NCBI GenBank assembly: GCA_965222315.1
Contig: OZ244951.1
Location: forward strand, 3,491,198-3,555,197
From: Alphaproteobacteria bacterium
GTDB taxonomy: Bacteria > Pseudomonadota > Alphaproteobacteria > Bin95
Length of the DNA: 64,000 bases
Direction: 5' to 3'
Shown: piece after piece, positions 51,603-64,000 of the stretch
Layout of the letters: every line of letters starts with the position of its first letter
Numbering within the stretch: position 1 is the stretch's first letter
The notes under the pieces: model-generated
Databases searched by the model: none
Seen by the model: the letters and a program-made list of their open reading frames with translations, nothing else
Told to the model about the DNA's origin: nothing
Made by a program: the position numbers and the translations under genes

Positions 51603-52540
51603 GCTGCGCCCTCCACCAAGCCGGCTACCAGATGGGGAAACGGCACGCCCGCATGCGCCGCGATCTCCGGCACCAGCGACGTCGCCGTCATGCCGGGCTG
51701 GGTATTGGTTTCCAGAATGTAAAGAGTGCCGTCCGGCCTGCCCGGCCCGCCAGCGCCATCGTAGCGGAAGTCCGAGCGGGAGACGCCGCGGCAGCCGAGC
51801 GCCCTGTGCGCGGCAAGCGCCGCCGCCCGGCACTCCTGTGCGATCACTGCCGGAACCGGAGCCGGTACCAGGTGCTCGCTGCCGCCGTCAGCGTATTTGC
51901 TGTCATAGGTGTAGAAGGCGTCGCGAGGCCGTATCTCCAGCACATCCAGTGCTTTTGCATGCCCGCTGGCATCTTCCAGCACGGCGCAGGTCAATTCGCG
52001 GCCCGGAATGTACTGCTCCACCAGCACCTCGTCGCCGAATGCCCAGTCGTTGGGCAGCGCGCGGTTGTCGCCCGCCTGGACGATCAAAACGCCGACGCTG
52101 GAGCCTTCAGCCACCGGCTTGATGACGTAGGGAGCCGGGAAAGCCCCGGTTGCCTCGCCAAACGGCAACACCAGCCCGGGCGGTACGCGCAGGCCAATGC
52201 GCGTGAAGAGCTTGCGCGTCGCTGCCTTGTCGATGGCCAGCGACGACGCCTGCACCCCGGAATGACTGTAGGGAGTTTGCAGCAGATCAAGGAGGCCCTG
52301 TATCGTGCCATCCTCGCCGAAACGGCCATGCAACGCGTTGAATACCGCTTCGGGCGCGTCCTCGCCGGTGAGGCCTGCGACCAGGGCTGCAACGTCGCCG
52401 GTATAGTCGATCTCCGTCACCCGGTAATTCTCCGCCAGCGCCTTGGCGCAGGCCCGGCCGGACGCGAGCGAGACGTCGCGCTCTGCCGACTGACCGCCCA
52501 TCAGAACGGCGATATGCTGGAAACGGCGGCTTGCATTCAT
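51590..52540 (-). CDS. ddl: D-alanine--D-alanine ligase
   Basis: ATG at 52540 after GGGGAGG. ATP-grasp fold with IAVLMGG near the N-terminus. Confidence 0.9.
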   Translation of the reverse strand: MNASRRFQHIAVLMGGQSAERDVSLASGRACAKALAENYRVTEIDYTGDVAALVAGLTGEDAPEAVFNALHGRFGEDGTIQGLLDLLQTPYSHSGVQASSLAIDKAATRKLFTRIGLRVPPGLVLPFGEATGAFPAPYVIKPVAEGSSVGVLIVQAGDNRALPNDWAFGDEVLVEQYIPGRELTCAVLEDASGHAKALDVLEIRPRDAFYTYDSKYADGGSEHLVPAPVPAVIAQECRAAALAAHRALGCRGVSRSDFRYDGAGGPGRPDGTLYILETNTQPGMTATSLVPEIAAHAGVPFPHLVAGLVEGAACGG

Positions 52541-53435
52541 GGCTTCGCCTCCCCGATCCGGCGGATTTCCCATTGGAGGGTGATGCCGCTGTTCTTGAGC
52601 ACCCGTTCGCGCACCGTTTCGCCGAGGGATTCCAGATCGGCGGCGGTCGCATCCCCCTCGTTGATCATAAAGTTGCAGTGCTTCTCGCTCATGACCGCGC
52701 CGCCGATGCGGAGGCCGCGGCAGCCCGCCTGGTCGATGAGTTGCCAGGCCTTTTGCCCCGGCGGGTTGCGGAAGGTGCTGCCGCCGGTGGCGGTGCCGAG
52801 AGGCTGGCTCTCCGCCCGCGCCTTGGCGATGGCAGCCATTTCCCCGGCGATGCCGTCTGCGCCCGGCGCGCCGCGGAGCCGCGCCCGCACAAACACCCAG
52901 TCACCAGGAACATCGCAATGGCGATAGGCATAGCCGAGTGCCGCCGGGCCAAGCCGGTGTAGCGTGCCCTGCGGGTCGACCGCTTCCGCCCAATCCACCA
53001 CCTCGCCGGTCTCGCCGCCATAAGCACCGGCGTTCATGCGCAGCGCGCCGCCCATCGTGCCCGGAATGCCGGAGAGAAAAGCCAGGCCGCCCAATTCCTT
53101 CGCTTCCGCCTGCTGAGCCACCGTCGCGCATAAGGCGCCAGCGCCCGCAATCAGACCGTCCGCACCGTCCGGCTCCACCTGGGTAAAGCCGCGGCCAAGC
53201 TTGACGACGATCCCGCGCACGCCGCCGTCGCGGATCAACGTGTTGGAGGAAACCCCCAGCACCGTAACCGGCACGCCGCCCGGCCGCGCTTGCAGCAGTG
53301 CCCGCAGGTCGTCGATATCGGCGGGCCGGAACAGCACATCCGCCGGTCCGCCCACCTTGAACCAGGTGGTCGGCGCGAGCGGTGCATCGGCCCGAAGGCG
53401 GCCGCGGACGGGGGGCAGGAGTTGCATCAGCGTGC

Positions 53436-53439
<4 letters not shown>
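52537..53439 (-). CDS. murB: UDP-N-acetylenolpyruvoylglucosamine reductase
   Basis: ATG at 53439 after [15 protein letters not shown]...[16 protein letters not shown]-binding N-terminus. Confidence 0.9.
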
Positions 53440-54880
<1,441 letters not shown>

Positions 54881-54884
<4 letters not shown>

Positions 54885-56011
54885 GTGGCGATACTCCGCA
54901 GCGCCACCGGAGGGGCTGCGCTCGTTTCCCCCAAAACAGATTCCGCCGCATCTGCCAAGTAGGCGGCAGCATCCGGCCGCCCCATTGCGCAGGCACGAGC
55001 CGCCACAGCCTCCGTACAGGCCGGCATGGTCAGCGCAGCTTCCAGACGTTGTGCCAGCGCCTCCGGCGTGAAGGCCGATTGCGGCATCAGCCAGGCCGCC
55101 CCTGCGTCGTCCACCGCCTGTGCGTTCGCGGTCTGGTGGTCGTCCATGGCATGCGGATAGGGCACCAGCACCGAAGGCCGTCCAATGGTCAGAACTTCCG
55201 CAATCGTGGATGCTCCGGCGCGGGCAATCACCAGGTGGCTGGCCGCCATCCGGTCCGGCAGGTCGGCGAAAAAGGACTGCACGTTGGCTTCGATCCCAAG
55301 CGCGCGATAGGCTTGCCTGGTTTCTTCCAGATCTTCGGGCCGTGCCTGCTGGATCACACGCAGACAGGCGCGGAGCGGTTCGGGCAACAATGCGCAAGCG
55401 GCGGGCACGACCTCCGAGAAGATACGCGCGCCCTGGCTGCCCCCGAACACCAGCAAGTGAAACGGGCCGTCGTCGTCCGGCGCCCGAAACGGCACGGCAC
55501 GGGCCGCGGCTGCTTCCGCCCGCACGGGATTGCCGGTCAGGCGCTGCTGACGTCCGCCAAGACCCGCCACCTCCGGAAACGATGTAGCAATGACCTTTGC
55601 ATAGCGCACCAGCCGAGCATTGGCCCGACCCAGCACCGCGTTCTGCTCGTGCAGGACGACGGGCACGCCGGTTAGTTTTGCCGCCAGAACCGGCGCAACG
55701 CTGGGGTAGCCGCCAAAGCCAATCAACAGCTCTGCCCCGTCGCGCTTCAGGCTCCAAGCAGCGGCGACTACGCCCCGCGCCAGTTGCAAAAGTCCGATGG
55801 CCTTGGCAACCGGCCCGCCGGAAAGACGGCTGGCAGGCACGCTGCGAACCTTGATGCCCGCCTCAAACGAGGCGCCCCGCGGATCGGTGAGCACCGTTAC
55901 CTGGTGTCCCCGTGCCAGCAATTCCTTAGCGACGGCGACCGCCGGAAACAGATGTCCGCCGGTACCGCCTGCCGCGAGGGCGATGCGCCGCTCTGCTCTG
56001 CCGGTAGTCAT
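54881..56011 (-). CDS. murG: Undecaprenyldiphospho-muramoylpentapeptide beta-N-acetylglucosaminyltransferase
   Basis: [18 protein letters not shown]-terminus; 376 aa. Confidence 0.9.
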
Positions 56012-57138
56012 ATGCCATCCTCCGGCGCTGCCCCAACCCGCCCGCGGGTCAATGCCAGCAGGAACCCCATGGCAATCGCCATCGCCAGCATGGAACTGCC
56101 GCCATAGCTTATAAATGGCAGCGTCATGCCTTTCGCCGGGATGAGGGCGAGCGTGGAGCCCATGTTGATTAGGGATTGCAGCGCAAAACTCGCCAGCAGT
56201 CCGGCTGCGGCCAGCGCAACAAAGGGGCTACGGGCCTGGCTAACCCGCGCAAAGCCGCGGAAAACGATAATACCGATCAGGCCGACCAGGATCAGGCAGA
56301 AAAGCGCGCCGAACTCCTCGCCCGCCACAGCCAGGATGAAGTCGGAGTGAGCATCGGGCAAAACGTGCTTCAGGTCGCCATTGCCCGGCCCGACACCGAG
56401 CCAGCCGCCCTCCCGGAACGCCGCCTCCGACATATCCACCTGATAGGTGTCTCCGGCTTCCGGATTAAGAAAACGGTCCACCCGGCTCTCAACGTGCGGC
56501 AGGAATTGATAGGCCGCAAAGAAGCCGCCCAGGCCCACCGCCGCCAATCCGCCGGTCACCAACAGGGGCATGCCGGACAGAAAAAACTGAATGCCCCAGA
56601 CAATGGCTATCACCGCGGTCATGCCGATGTCTGGCTGGGTGGCGATCAAGGCGAGGGCCAAGCCGAGCGCCGCCAGGTTCAGGCCCATATAAAGCCAGTT
56701 CCGGGTTGCCTGGAATTCCACGAACAGCCATGCCGACAGGACAGCCAGGGCGGGCTTCATGAATTCCGAGGGCTGGACAGAGAAGCCTGCGATGTTGAAC
56801 CAGCGCGTGGCTCCCTTCACTTCCTGCCCGAACATGAGCACCGCCACCAACAGCAAAACCGTGCCGGCATAGAGCGCCAGAGAGGCCAGACGCACGTCCT
56901 TCGGCGCCATGAGAGAGCCCACGAACAGCACGCCGGCGGCGACCGGCACGAACAGCAGGTGACGCCCGAAAAAGTGGAACGGGTCCAGGCCGATCGTGTT
57001 GGAAACGCCGGGGCTGCCGGAGCCGATCAGCACGACGCCAATCACCAGCAGGCCCACCAGCGCCCCCAGGGTCCAATGATCGACGGTCCACCACCAGCGG
57101 CCAAGCACACTGCGGTCTGTGCGGGCGAAGCGCATCAT
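56008..57138 (-). CDS. ftsW: Peptidoglycan glycosyltransferase FtsW (SEDS family)
   Basis: SEDS-family polytopic protein in the dcw position between murG and murD. Confidence 0.9.
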   Translation of the reverse strand: MMRFARTDRSVLGRWWWTVDHWTLGALVGLLVIGVVLIGSGSPGVSNTIGLDPFHFFGRHLLFVPVAAGVLFVGSLMAPKDVRLASLALYAGTVLLLVAVLMFGQEVKGATRWFNIAGFSVQPSEFMKPALAVLSAWLFVEFQATRNWLYMGLNLAALGLALALIATQPDIGMTAVIAIVWGIQFFLSGMPLLVTGGLAAVGLGGFFAAYQFLPHVESRVDRFLNPEAGDTYQVDMSEAAFREGGWLGVGPGNGDLKHVLPDAHSDFILAVAGEEFGALFCLILVGLIGIIVFRGFARVSQARSPFVALAAAGLLASFALQSLINMGSTLALIPAKGMTLPFISYGGSSMLAMAIAMGFLLALTRGRVGAAPEDGI

Positions 57139-58520
57139 GGGGCAGGCTCCTCTAAACTATTGCCATCCAGCCTGTTTACGGCATCGCGGAAGGCATCGCC
57201 GCGTCTCTCGAAACTCGGCCATTGGTCGAAGCTGGCGCAGGCGGGCGAAAGCAGTACGATGCTGTCCCGCGGATCGGCCTGCGCGGCGGCGTGAGCGGCA
57301 GCGGTTGCCGCAGCCAAATCGCCTGCTTGCATGTGCGGAACGTGAGTCGCTTCAAGGGTTTCGGCAAAAGCGCCGGACGCCTCGCCGATCAAAAATGCTT
57401 GCGCAATGCGCCCGAACCAGGGCGCCAATGGTGCGATGCCACCCGCTTTCGGCAGACCGCCCGCGATCCAATAGATGCGCTCGTAGCATTCGAGCGCCTT
57501 TGCCGTTGATTCGGCATTGGTCGCTTTTGAGTCGTTGATATAAGTGACATGCCCGATCCGGCGCACCCGCTCCTGCCGGTGGGCCAAGCCGGGGAACGTC
57601 CGGCAGCCCGCCGCAATTTCGGTGTGCGTCAGACCGAGCGCCAGCGCTGCTGCCGCCACCGCCGCCGCATTTTCCGCGTTGTGCAGGCCCGGCAAGGCAA
57701 GGCATTCGCTGAGGCTTAGGATCGCCGTTTCATTCCCGCTCGTAGCGTCGATCAGGACCCCGCCCCGGACACCGACACCACCCGCGGGAACCTGCGTGCC
57801 AGAAACCGGCACAAGCCGCCGCCCGGCCTTGACCGCGGTCACTGCCTCCGCCTGGCCGAAGGCGCCGTCGGTGCCGATCACGGCCACGTCGCCCGGCTGG
57901 CTGTTCCGCCAGAGCCGGGACTTGGCGGCTGCGTAACCATGCATGCCGCCATGGCGGTCCAGATGATCCGGCGTCAGATTAAGCCATATACCGACCGGAA
58001 AGCGCGCCGTCTGGCAAAGCTCCAACTGGTAGGAGGAAAGCTCCAGCACGTAGGCGCCGCCCGCGCCCAGCGCCGGCAGTTCCAGGGCTGCCGCGCCGAT
58101 ATTGCCGCCGGCAACCGCGGCCCTGCCTGCCTCCAGCAAGGTATGGGCCAGAAGCGCCGTGGTGGTGGATTTGCCGTTGGTGCCGGTGATGCCCACCAGC
58201 GACGCTTGGGTGCCGCTTCCGGCCAGCAGATCAATATCGCAGACCAGCGGGCAGTGCGCCGCCCGCGCCCGCACGGCGGCGGCGTGCGGAGAGGGATGCA
58301 GAAAGGATACGCCGGGGCTCCAGACCAGTCCGTCCAATGTCGGCCAATCTCCCGTCCGGAAGTCGTGCCGGACCGCGCCTTCCGGCATGGCTTCGACCAT
58401 GTCGTCCCAGGCCAGCACTTCGGCCCCGCCCGCGTGCAATGCCGCAATCGCCGCCCGGCCGGATTTGCCCAGCCCAACGACGCCATAGCGCTTGCCCGAT
58501 ACTTGCGGCAGGGGGATCAT
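57135..58520 (-). CDS. murD: UDP-N-acetylmuramoylalanine--D-glutamate ligase
   Basis: VVGLGKSGRAA and GTNGKSTTT motifs; 461 aa. Confidence 0.9.
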   Translation of the reverse strand: MIPLPQVSGKRYGVVGLGKSGRAAIAALHAGGAEVLAWDDMVEAMPEGAVRHDFRTGDWPTLDGLVWSPGVSFLHPSPHAAAVRARAAHCPLVCDIDLLAGSGTQASLVGITGTNGKSTTTALLAHTLLEAGRAAVAGGNIGAAALELPALGAGGAYVLELSSYQLELCQTARFPVGIWLNLTPDHLDRHGGMHGYAAAKSRLWRNSQPGDVAVIGTDGAFGQAEAVTAVKAGRRLVPVSGTQVPAGGVGVRGGVLIDATSGNETAILSLSECLALPGLHNAENAAAVAAAALALGLTHTEIAAGCRTFPGLAHRQERVRRIGHVTYINDSKATNAESTAKALECYERIYWIAGGLPKAGGIAPLAPWFGRIAQAFLIGEASGAFAETLEATHVPHMQAGDLAAATAAAHAAAQADPRDSIVLLSPACASFDQWPSFERRGDAFRDAVNRLDGNSLEEPAP

Positions 58521-58533
58521 CCGCGCGTCGCTC

Positions 58534-59622
58534 CTACCGCAGCTTCAGGGTGGCGAGACCAGCCAGCGCCAGCACCACCGCAATGATCCAAAAGCGGATG
58601 ACGACGGTCGGCTCCGCCCATCCCTTCTGCTCGAAATGATGGTGCAGCGGGGCCATGCGGAAAACGCGCTTGCCGGTCAGCTTGAAGCTTGCCACCTGCA
58701 CGATGACGCTTACCGCCTCCAGCACGAACAGGCCGCCGATGATGGCCAGCACGATCTCGTGCTTGGTGATGACGGCGATGGTGCCGAGCGCGGCTCCCAT
58801 GGAGAGCGAGCCCGTGTCGCCCATGAACACCATGGCGGGCGGCGCGTTGAACCAGAGAAAGCCCAGCCCCGCACCCAGAAGCGCCCCGCACAGGATCGAC
58901 AACTCGCCGGTTCCCGGCACGTGGGTCAATTGCAGATAGTCGGAAAAGACCGCGTTACCGACCAGATACGAAATAAAGCCGAAACAGCTTGCCGCGATCA
59001 TCACCGGCACAATGGCGAGGCCATCCAGCCCATCGGTCAGGTTGACGGCGTTGGAAGTGCCGACCACCACAAAGCAGGCGAATGGCAGGTAGAACCAGCC
59101 GAAATCGATCAGCACGTCCTTGAACACCGGCACGGCCAGACTGGTTGCCAGCGACCCCTCGGTCAGGGCGTGGATCCAGATGAAAGCGACGGCCACCAGT
59201 CCGAATTCAACGGCGAGCCGCACCCGGCCACTGAGTCCTTGATGCGAGTGCTTGGTCAGCTTGCGGTAGTCATCGGCAAACCCCACCAGCCCAAAGCCCG
59301 ACGTCACGATCAGCACGGTCCAGACGTAGCCGTTGGTCAGGTCCGCCCACAGCAGGGTGCTGATGGTGATCGACAGCATGATGAAGCTGCCGCCCATGGT
59401 CGGCGTGCCGCGCTTGGTCAACAGATGGCTCGCGGGACCGTCCTCGCGGATCGGCTGACCCGCGCCCTGCTTCGACTTCAGCCAGCGAATCACCACGGGA
59501 CCGATCAGGAAGCTGATCAGCATCGCCGTCATAATCGCACCACCCGTCCGGAAGGTCAGATACCGGAACAGATTGAATAGCTGGAAATCGTCCGCAAACG
59601 GCGCCAGCAGATTATAGAGCAT
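58534..59622 (-). CDS. mraY: Phospho-N-acetylmuramoyl-pentapeptide-transferase
   Basis: [26 protein letters not shown]-terminus and MraY membrane topology. Confidence 0.9.
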   Translation of the reverse strand: MLYNLLAPFADDFQLFNLFRYLTFRTGGAIMTAMLISFLIGPVVIRWLKSKQGAGQPIREDGPASHLLTKRGTPTMGGSFIMLSITISTLLWADLTNGYVWTVLIVTSGFGLVGFADDYRKLTKHSHQGLSGRVRLAVEFGLVAVAFIWIHALTEGSLATSLAVPVFKDVLIDFGWFYLPFACFVVVGTSNAVNLTDGLDGLAIVPVMIAASCFGFISYLVGNAVFSDYLQLTHVPGTGELSILCGALLGAGLGFLWFNAPPAMVFMGDTGSLSMGAALGTIAVITKHEIVLAIIGGLFVLEAVSVIVQVASFKLTGKRVFRMAPLHHHFEQKGWAEPTVVIRFWIIAVVLALAGLATLKLR

Positions 59623-61042
59623 TACTATTTTCCTCCGGCGCGCCTGCGCCGGCCGCTGCGGCCCGGAGCGCGTTCAAAATCCGCGCCATACCGATGCCGA
59701 GCGACCCTTTCACCAAAACCACGTCCCCACCGCGCAACGCCGTCACGACCTGTTCCGCCAAGGCAACGGTATCGGCGGCATACCCGGCCCGTTGCTCCGG
59801 CAGCAGCGCCGCCACCAATGCCGGCATTTCCGGCCCGGCGGCAAACACCAGATCCACCGGCAGGTCCGCCAACGCTTTGCCCAGTTCTTGGTGCTCGCGG
59901 GGGGCGTTTTCGCCGAGTTCCAGCATGTCGCCCAGCACGGCCACCCGCCTGCCGGAACCGGCTGGCTGGTGCGCCGTGAGCACGGAAAACGCTGCCCGCA
60001 TCGCCGCGGGGCTCGCGTTGTAGCTCTCATCGATCAGGGTGATGGGGCCTTGGGGTAAGGTCAGCGTCCCGGTCGCACCCCGTCCCGCAGGGGCCCGGAC
60101 CTCCGCCAGCGCGTCCGCTGCCTTGGCGGGATCGGCGCCGGCGCTTGCCACCGCCGCCAGGACACCCAGGCTGTTCATCACCCAGTGCCGCCCGGGTGCG
60201 CCGATGTGACAGACAAACCAGCGGTCCGGAAGCTGAACCTCGATATCCGACCCCCCGGGCTGCAAATTCAGGTCCAGCAGGCGGACATCGGCGTCTTCGG
60301 CCTCGCCAAAGCGCAGCACCTGCCCGGCGCCGGCCTGCCCTGCCGCCGCCGCCAGCATTCCGGCAAAGCCGTCATCGGCGTTGATGATGGCGGTCCCCCC
60401 CGGCTTCAAGCCTTCGAAGATTTCGGCCTTCGCCGCCGCCACGTCAGCCAGCGAAGCAAAAAATTCGGTGTGCGCAGGTGCGATGCGGGTGATGAGGGCA
60501 ACGTCCGGCATGGAAAGCTTGGCGAGGGGCCTGATCTCGCCCGGATGGTTCATGCCCAGTTCCAGAACGGCGTAGTCTGCGTCGGCCGGCAGGCGCGCCA
60601 AGGTGAGCGGCGCGCCGATGTGATTGTTCAGATTGCCGAGCGTCGCCGATGTCTTGCCCTGGGCCGACAGAACGAGGCGCAGCATTTCCTTGGTGCCGGT
60701 CTTGCCGACGCTGCCGGTCAGCGCGATCACCTTGCCCTGGAAGCGCGCCCGCGCAGCCCGGGCGAGGGCATCGAGGCTTGCCTGCGTGTCGTCGACGAGC
60801 AACAGTGGCGCATCGGCAGAGACCCCGTCCGGCATGCGGGAGACCATTGCCGCCGCCGCGCCCGCTTTCAGTGCGGCGGCCACATGGTCGTGGCCGTCAT
60901 GGTTCGGGCCCGCCAGCGCGACAAACAGGTCGCCGGCTTGCACTTGACGGGAGTCGATGGCAACGCCGGCGGCCTCCCAGCCGTCAGGGCCTGTGCCTCC
61001 GGTTGCCGCTTTCGCGGTGCTTGCGGTCCAGAGCGCGCTCAT
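59612..61042 (-). CDS. murF: UDP-N-acetylmuramoyl-tripeptide--D-alanyl-D-alanine ligase
   Basis: Mur ligase motifs GSVGKTGTK; 476 aa. Confidence 0.9.
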   Translation of the reverse strand: MSALWTASTAKAATGGTGPDGWEAAGVAIDSRQVQAGDLFVALAGPNHDGHDHVAAALKAGAAAAMVSRMPDGVSADAPLLLVDDTQASLDALARAARARFQGKVIALTGSVGKTGTKEMLRLVLSAQGKTSATLGNLNNHIGAPLTLARLPADADYAVLELGMNHPGEIRPLAKLSMPDVALITRIAPAHTEFFASLADVAAAKAEIFEGLKPGGTAIINADDGFAGMLAAAAGQAGAGQVLRFGEAEDADVRLLDLNLQPGGSDIEVQLPDRWFVCHIGAPGRHWVMNSLGVLAAVASAGADPAKAADALAEVRAPAGRGATGTLTLPQGPITLIDESYNASPAAMRAAFSVLTAHQPAGSGRRVAVLGDMLELGENAPREHQELGKALADLPVDLVFAAGPEMPALVAALLPEQRAGYAADTVALAEQVVTALRGGDVVLVKGSLGIGMARILNALRAAAAGAGAPEENSNAL

Positions 61043-62481
61043 GCCTCGCCCTCCAGCGCCTTGCGCGCCTCGGCAAGGTCATCGAACGGCAGCACCTTGC
61101 CGCCCACCGTCTGTCCGGTCTCATGACCCTTGCCGGCGATCAGCAGCAGGTCGCCTGCCTGCAACTCGCCCACGGCCCAGGCTATCGCCGCTGCCCGGTC
61201 GCCGATTTCCCGCGCATCCGGGCAGGCTGCCAGGATCGCCTGGCGGATTGCGGCGGGCTTCTCGCTGCGGGGATTGTCGTCCGTCACAACGGCCAAATCA
61301 GCAAGCCGTGCCGCCACCGCACCCATTTCAGGCCGTTTGCCCCGGTCCCGGTCGCCGCCTGCCCCGAACACCACCAGCAACCGCCCCTCAGCGGCCGGTC
61401 GCAATGCTTCCAGCGCTGTCTCCAAAGCGGCGGGAGTATGCGCGTAGTCCACAAAAGCCGCTGCGCCCGCTGCGGTCTTGCCAGCCAGTTGCAGACGCCC
61501 ATCGACACCCTGCAGATGCTCCAGCGCCGCCACGGCCTTCGCCCGGTCCGCGCCGAAAGCCAATACGATGCCTAGTGCCGCCAGGGCATTCAGCGCCTGG
61601 AAACCACCCACCAGCGGCAGGGTCACGTCGTAGGTTTCACCCTCAATCCGCAACGCCAGTTTCTGACCGCCGGGCACGGGCTCCTGCGCCAGCAGCGCCA
61701 ACCGCTCACCCTTCTTGCCATAGGTCCAGAGGTCGAGCCCGCACTCCCGCGCCGCTGCCTCCACCTGGCTGCTGACCGGCGTGTCGGCGCAGACGATCGC
61801 GGCCTGCCCGGCGGACAAGCGCTCCCGGAACAGGCGGAGCTTTGCGGCGAGGTAGGCTTCCGGCGTCGCGTGATAATCCAGATGGTCCCGGCTGAAAGAA
61901 GTGAAGACACCCACCGACGCGGCTACGCCCGACAACCGCTCCTGGTCCAGGCCATGGCTGGATGCTTCCAGCGCTGCATGCTCTATGCCTTGCGCCGCCA
62001 GTCCGGCCAGCATTTCCGCCAGGCCCACCGGGTCCGGCGTCGTCAATGCGCCCGTCGAACGCCCGCTGTTCAGGGTCAGCCCCAGGGTGCCGATACTCGC
62101 CGCCTCCACACCCAGCACGGCCCATAACTGCCGGGCGAATTCTACGACAGAAGTCTTGCCGTTGGTCCCCGTCACCATCGCGATGCAGCGCGGCTGCCGG
62201 CCATGGAAGACCGCGGCCAATTCCGCCAGTTCACGCCGCGGATTCGGACAGAGAAGCAGGTGCGCCCGCGCGCGGACCGCCGCTGCTTCGGCATCCGGCA
62301 ATTCGTCGGTGAGGATCACCGCCGCACCCTGGTCCAATGCCTGAGGGATGAAAGCGCGTCCATCTGTTTGCACACCCCTGAGTGCTGCGAACAGCCACTC
62401 GGCTCCTACTGCGCGCGAATCCGCCGTCAGTCCGGAAATACCGGACAGAATATCCTCACGGTCGGGCACTGAAGCTGGCAT
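61039..62481 (-). CDS. murE: UDP-N-acetylmuramoyl-L-alanyl-D-glutamate--2,6-diaminopimelate ligase
   Basis: LTADSRAV...LFAAL N-terminus, GTNGKTS; 480 aa. Confidence 0.9.
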   Translation of the reverse strand: MPASVPDREDILSGISGLTADSRAVGAEWLFAALRGVQTDGRAFIPQALDQGAAVILTDELPDAEAAAVRARAHLLLCPNPRRELAELAAVFHGRQPRCIAMVTGTNGKTSVVEFARQLWAVLGVEAASIGTLGLTLNSGRSTGALTTPDPVGLAEMLAGLAAQGIEHAALEASSHGLDQERLSGVAASVGVFTSFSRDHLDYHATPEAYLAAKLRLFRERLSAGQAAIVCADTPVSSQVEAAARECGLDLWTYGKKGERLALLAQEPVPGGQKLALRIEGETYDVTLPLVGGFQALNALAALGIVLAFGADRAKAVAALEHLQGVDGRLQLAGKTAAGAAAFVDYAHTPAALETALEALRPAAEGRLLVVFGAGGDRDRGKRPEMGAVAARLADLAVVTDDNPRSEKPAAIRQAILAACPDAREIGDRAAAIAWAVGELQAGDLLLIAGKGHETGQTVGGKVLPFDDLAEARKALEGEA

Positions 62482-62526
62482 GAGAGAGGGACGAGCACCT
62501 TTTTGGCTAGCGGGTTAAGGGGGCGG

Positions 62527-64000
62527 TTAGCGGGAGAGCCGGACCGATGCGGTTTGCAGGCCGCCGGCCGGGCGGTCGTCACCCTTGGATTTCGGGATTC
62601 CCAGCATCGGTGCAACCCGCTCCACAATCTGGCCAACCGCGGGTGCTGCGACCCAGCCGCCGGTGGCGTAGTTCAATGTGTCCTTCCGGCCCTTGGGTTC
62701 ATCGACCGAGAGCATCACGACATAGCGCGGCTCCTCAATCGGGAAGGCGCCGATGAAGGAGGACAGGCGCTTGTCCTTCTGGTAGCGGCCATCGATGTTC
62801 TTTTCCGCGGTGCCGGTCTTGCCGCCGACGCGGTAGTGCGGCGAGTTGGCGGCCTTGCCCGAGCCCTCGACCACGACGGCCCGCATCAGGTTCCGAACGC
62901 GCGACGAGGTCTTGGCGGAAACAATGCGCGTCCCCGGCGCATCCTGGCCGTCAGGCGACTTGAGCAGAGTTGGCCGCCGCAGCACACCGCCATTGGCGAC
63001 GGCGCTGATCGCCGCCACGAACTGCAGCGGCGTCACCGAGATACCGTGGCCAAACGCGGCGGTCTTAGCATAGATGTCGCCCCAATTCGGCGGCAGGATC
63101 GGCCGGGTCGACTCGTTCAACTCGACGCCTGCCTTCTCGAACAGGCCGAAGCCGCCCAGATAGCGCACCATGCCCTGGGTGCCGATCAGGTCAGCCATGC
63201 GCGCCGCCCCGATGTTGGACGAATGGACCAGAACTTCCCGCATGGTCAGCCAACGGTTTTCGCCGCGGAAGTCCGCGATCTTGTGACCGTGGGTATAAAG
63301 CGGCTTGGTCGCGTCGAACCGGGTGCTTTCAGACGCAATCCCCATATCAAGCGCCGCAGCGCTGGTCAGCAGCTTGAACATGGAACCCAATTCATAGGCG
63401 CCACCCACCACCTTGTTGACGCGGGTGTCTTTGGTCAGGGTTTCCAGGCGGTTCGGATCGAAGTCCGGCAGCGAGACGGAGGCCAGCACTTCGCCCGTGC
63501 GCACGTCCATCATCACACCGAACCCGCCGACCGCATCGAACCGGTCGATGGCTTTCTGCAACTCCTCATGCACGATGTTCTGCACGCGAAGGTCGATGCT
63601 GAGCGCCAGCGGCAGGTCGGGCGCGCTCGCCAGGTCCGCATCGAAGAACGCCTCAATGCCGCTCAGGCCGCCGCGGTGATCGGTCTGCACCGTACCAACG
63701 GTATGGGCCGCCATGCGGCCGCGCGGATAAATACGGCGGTATTCCTTGCGGAAATACAGGCCAGGAATGCCAAGATCAAGGATCGCCGCATGCCGCCCAG
63801 GCGTCAGATGACGGGCGAGATAGGCGAATTCCCGGTCTTTGTTGTCGAGGCTGGCGACAATGTCTTTCTGCTTCAACTCCGGCAAGACGGACCGCAATTG
63901 CCTGGCGACCGCTGCCGGATCCCGGACTTCCTGCGGGTTGGCATAGAGCGAGGCGAATGGCAGGCTATAGGCTAGCAGTTCGCCGTTCCGGTCGACGATC
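62527..64000 (-). CDS. ftsI: Peptidoglycan D,D-transpeptidase FtsI (PBP3), 3' portion; 5' end beyond window
   Basis: Transpeptidase motifs including GGKTGTA near the C-terminus. The reading frame stays open to the window edge. Confidence 0.85.
   Translation of the reverse strand, partial: IVDRNGELLAYSLPFASLYANPQEVRDPAAVARQLRSVLPELKQKDIVASLDNKDREFAYLARHLTPGRHAAILDLGIPGLYFRKEYRRIYPRGRMAAHTVGTVQTDHRGGLSGIEAFFDADLASAPDLPLALSIDLRVQNIVHEELQKAIDRFDAVGGFGVMMDVRTGEVLASVSLPDFDPNRLETLTKDTRVNKVVGGAYELGSMFKLLTSAAALDMGIASESTRFDATKPLYTHGHKIADFRGENRWLTMREVLVHSSNIGAARMADLIGTQGMVRYLGGFGLFEKAGVELNESTRPILPPNWGDIYAKTAAFGHGISVTPLQFVAAISAVANGGVLRRPTLLKSPDGQDAPGTRIVSAKTSSRVRNLMRAVVVEGSGKAANSPHYRVGGKTGTAEKNIDGRYQKDKRLSSFIGAFPIEEPRYVVMLSVDEPKGRKDTLNYATGGWVAAPAVGQIVERVAPMLGIPKSKGDDRPAGGLQTASVRLSR

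Overview
This is a GC-rich (~63%) alphaproteobacterial chromosomal segment. The backbone reads as follows. (1) Positions 1-10185 hold a ureide/hydantoin-type catabolic locus: the tail of an ABC permease pair, a puuE-type allantoinase, an Asp/Glu/hydantoin racemase, and two divergently arranged TRAP transporter operons (dctPQM x2) separated by a 1.1-kb apparently non-coding spacer. (2) Positions 10320-13600 hold a large CARDB + RTX (type I secreted) adhesin gene with three near-identical 291-bp tandem repeats, flanked by decayed IS256-like and IS481/IS3-like transposase remnants. (3) Positions 13602-18058 hold an LLM flavin monooxygenase, a HupE/UreJ metal transporter, an NAD(P)-binding oxidoreductase and an outer-membrane beta-barrel. 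(4) Positions 18055-19900 are a gene-decay zone with DUF1214, FAD-oxidoreductase and class III adenylate-cyclase fragments. (5) Positions 20042-29700 hold an aromatic-catabolism-like cluster: a Rieske oxygenase alpha subunit, a frameshifted VOC/glyoxalase-fold gene, an NTF2-like protein, a type-B carboxylesterase, a LigB-type extradiol dioxygenase, an EamA exporter, and a LysR regulator divergent from a DODA/YgiD-type extradiol dioxygenase plus a Bcr/CflA MFS pump. (6) Positions ~29700-36400 form an accessory island abutting the 3' end of tRNA-Arg(ACG). It carries an ADP-ribosylglycohydrolase fragment, a bacterial SET-domain protein, an intact IS256-family element with an 8-bp target duplication, a run of small hypothetical ORFs, an AT-rich hairpin-rich spacer, an IS5-family (IS427/IS1031-like) element with a TAA target duplication and a -1 frameshift transposase, and an AT-rich gene for a secreted, C-terminally anchored protein. 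(7) Positions 36720-43118 hold gpt, a CMD-family gene and a livGFHMK-type ABC transporter. (8) Positions 43210-64000 hold recN, an unusually long bamD, lpxC and the dcw cell-division/cell-wall cluster (ftsZ through ftsI) on the minus strand. No CRISPR array or rRNA was seen. The most unusual material is the tRNA-Arg island (SET-domain gene plus small-ORF operon split by IS256, and foreign AT-rich genes) and the IS-flanked repetitive RTX adhesin.
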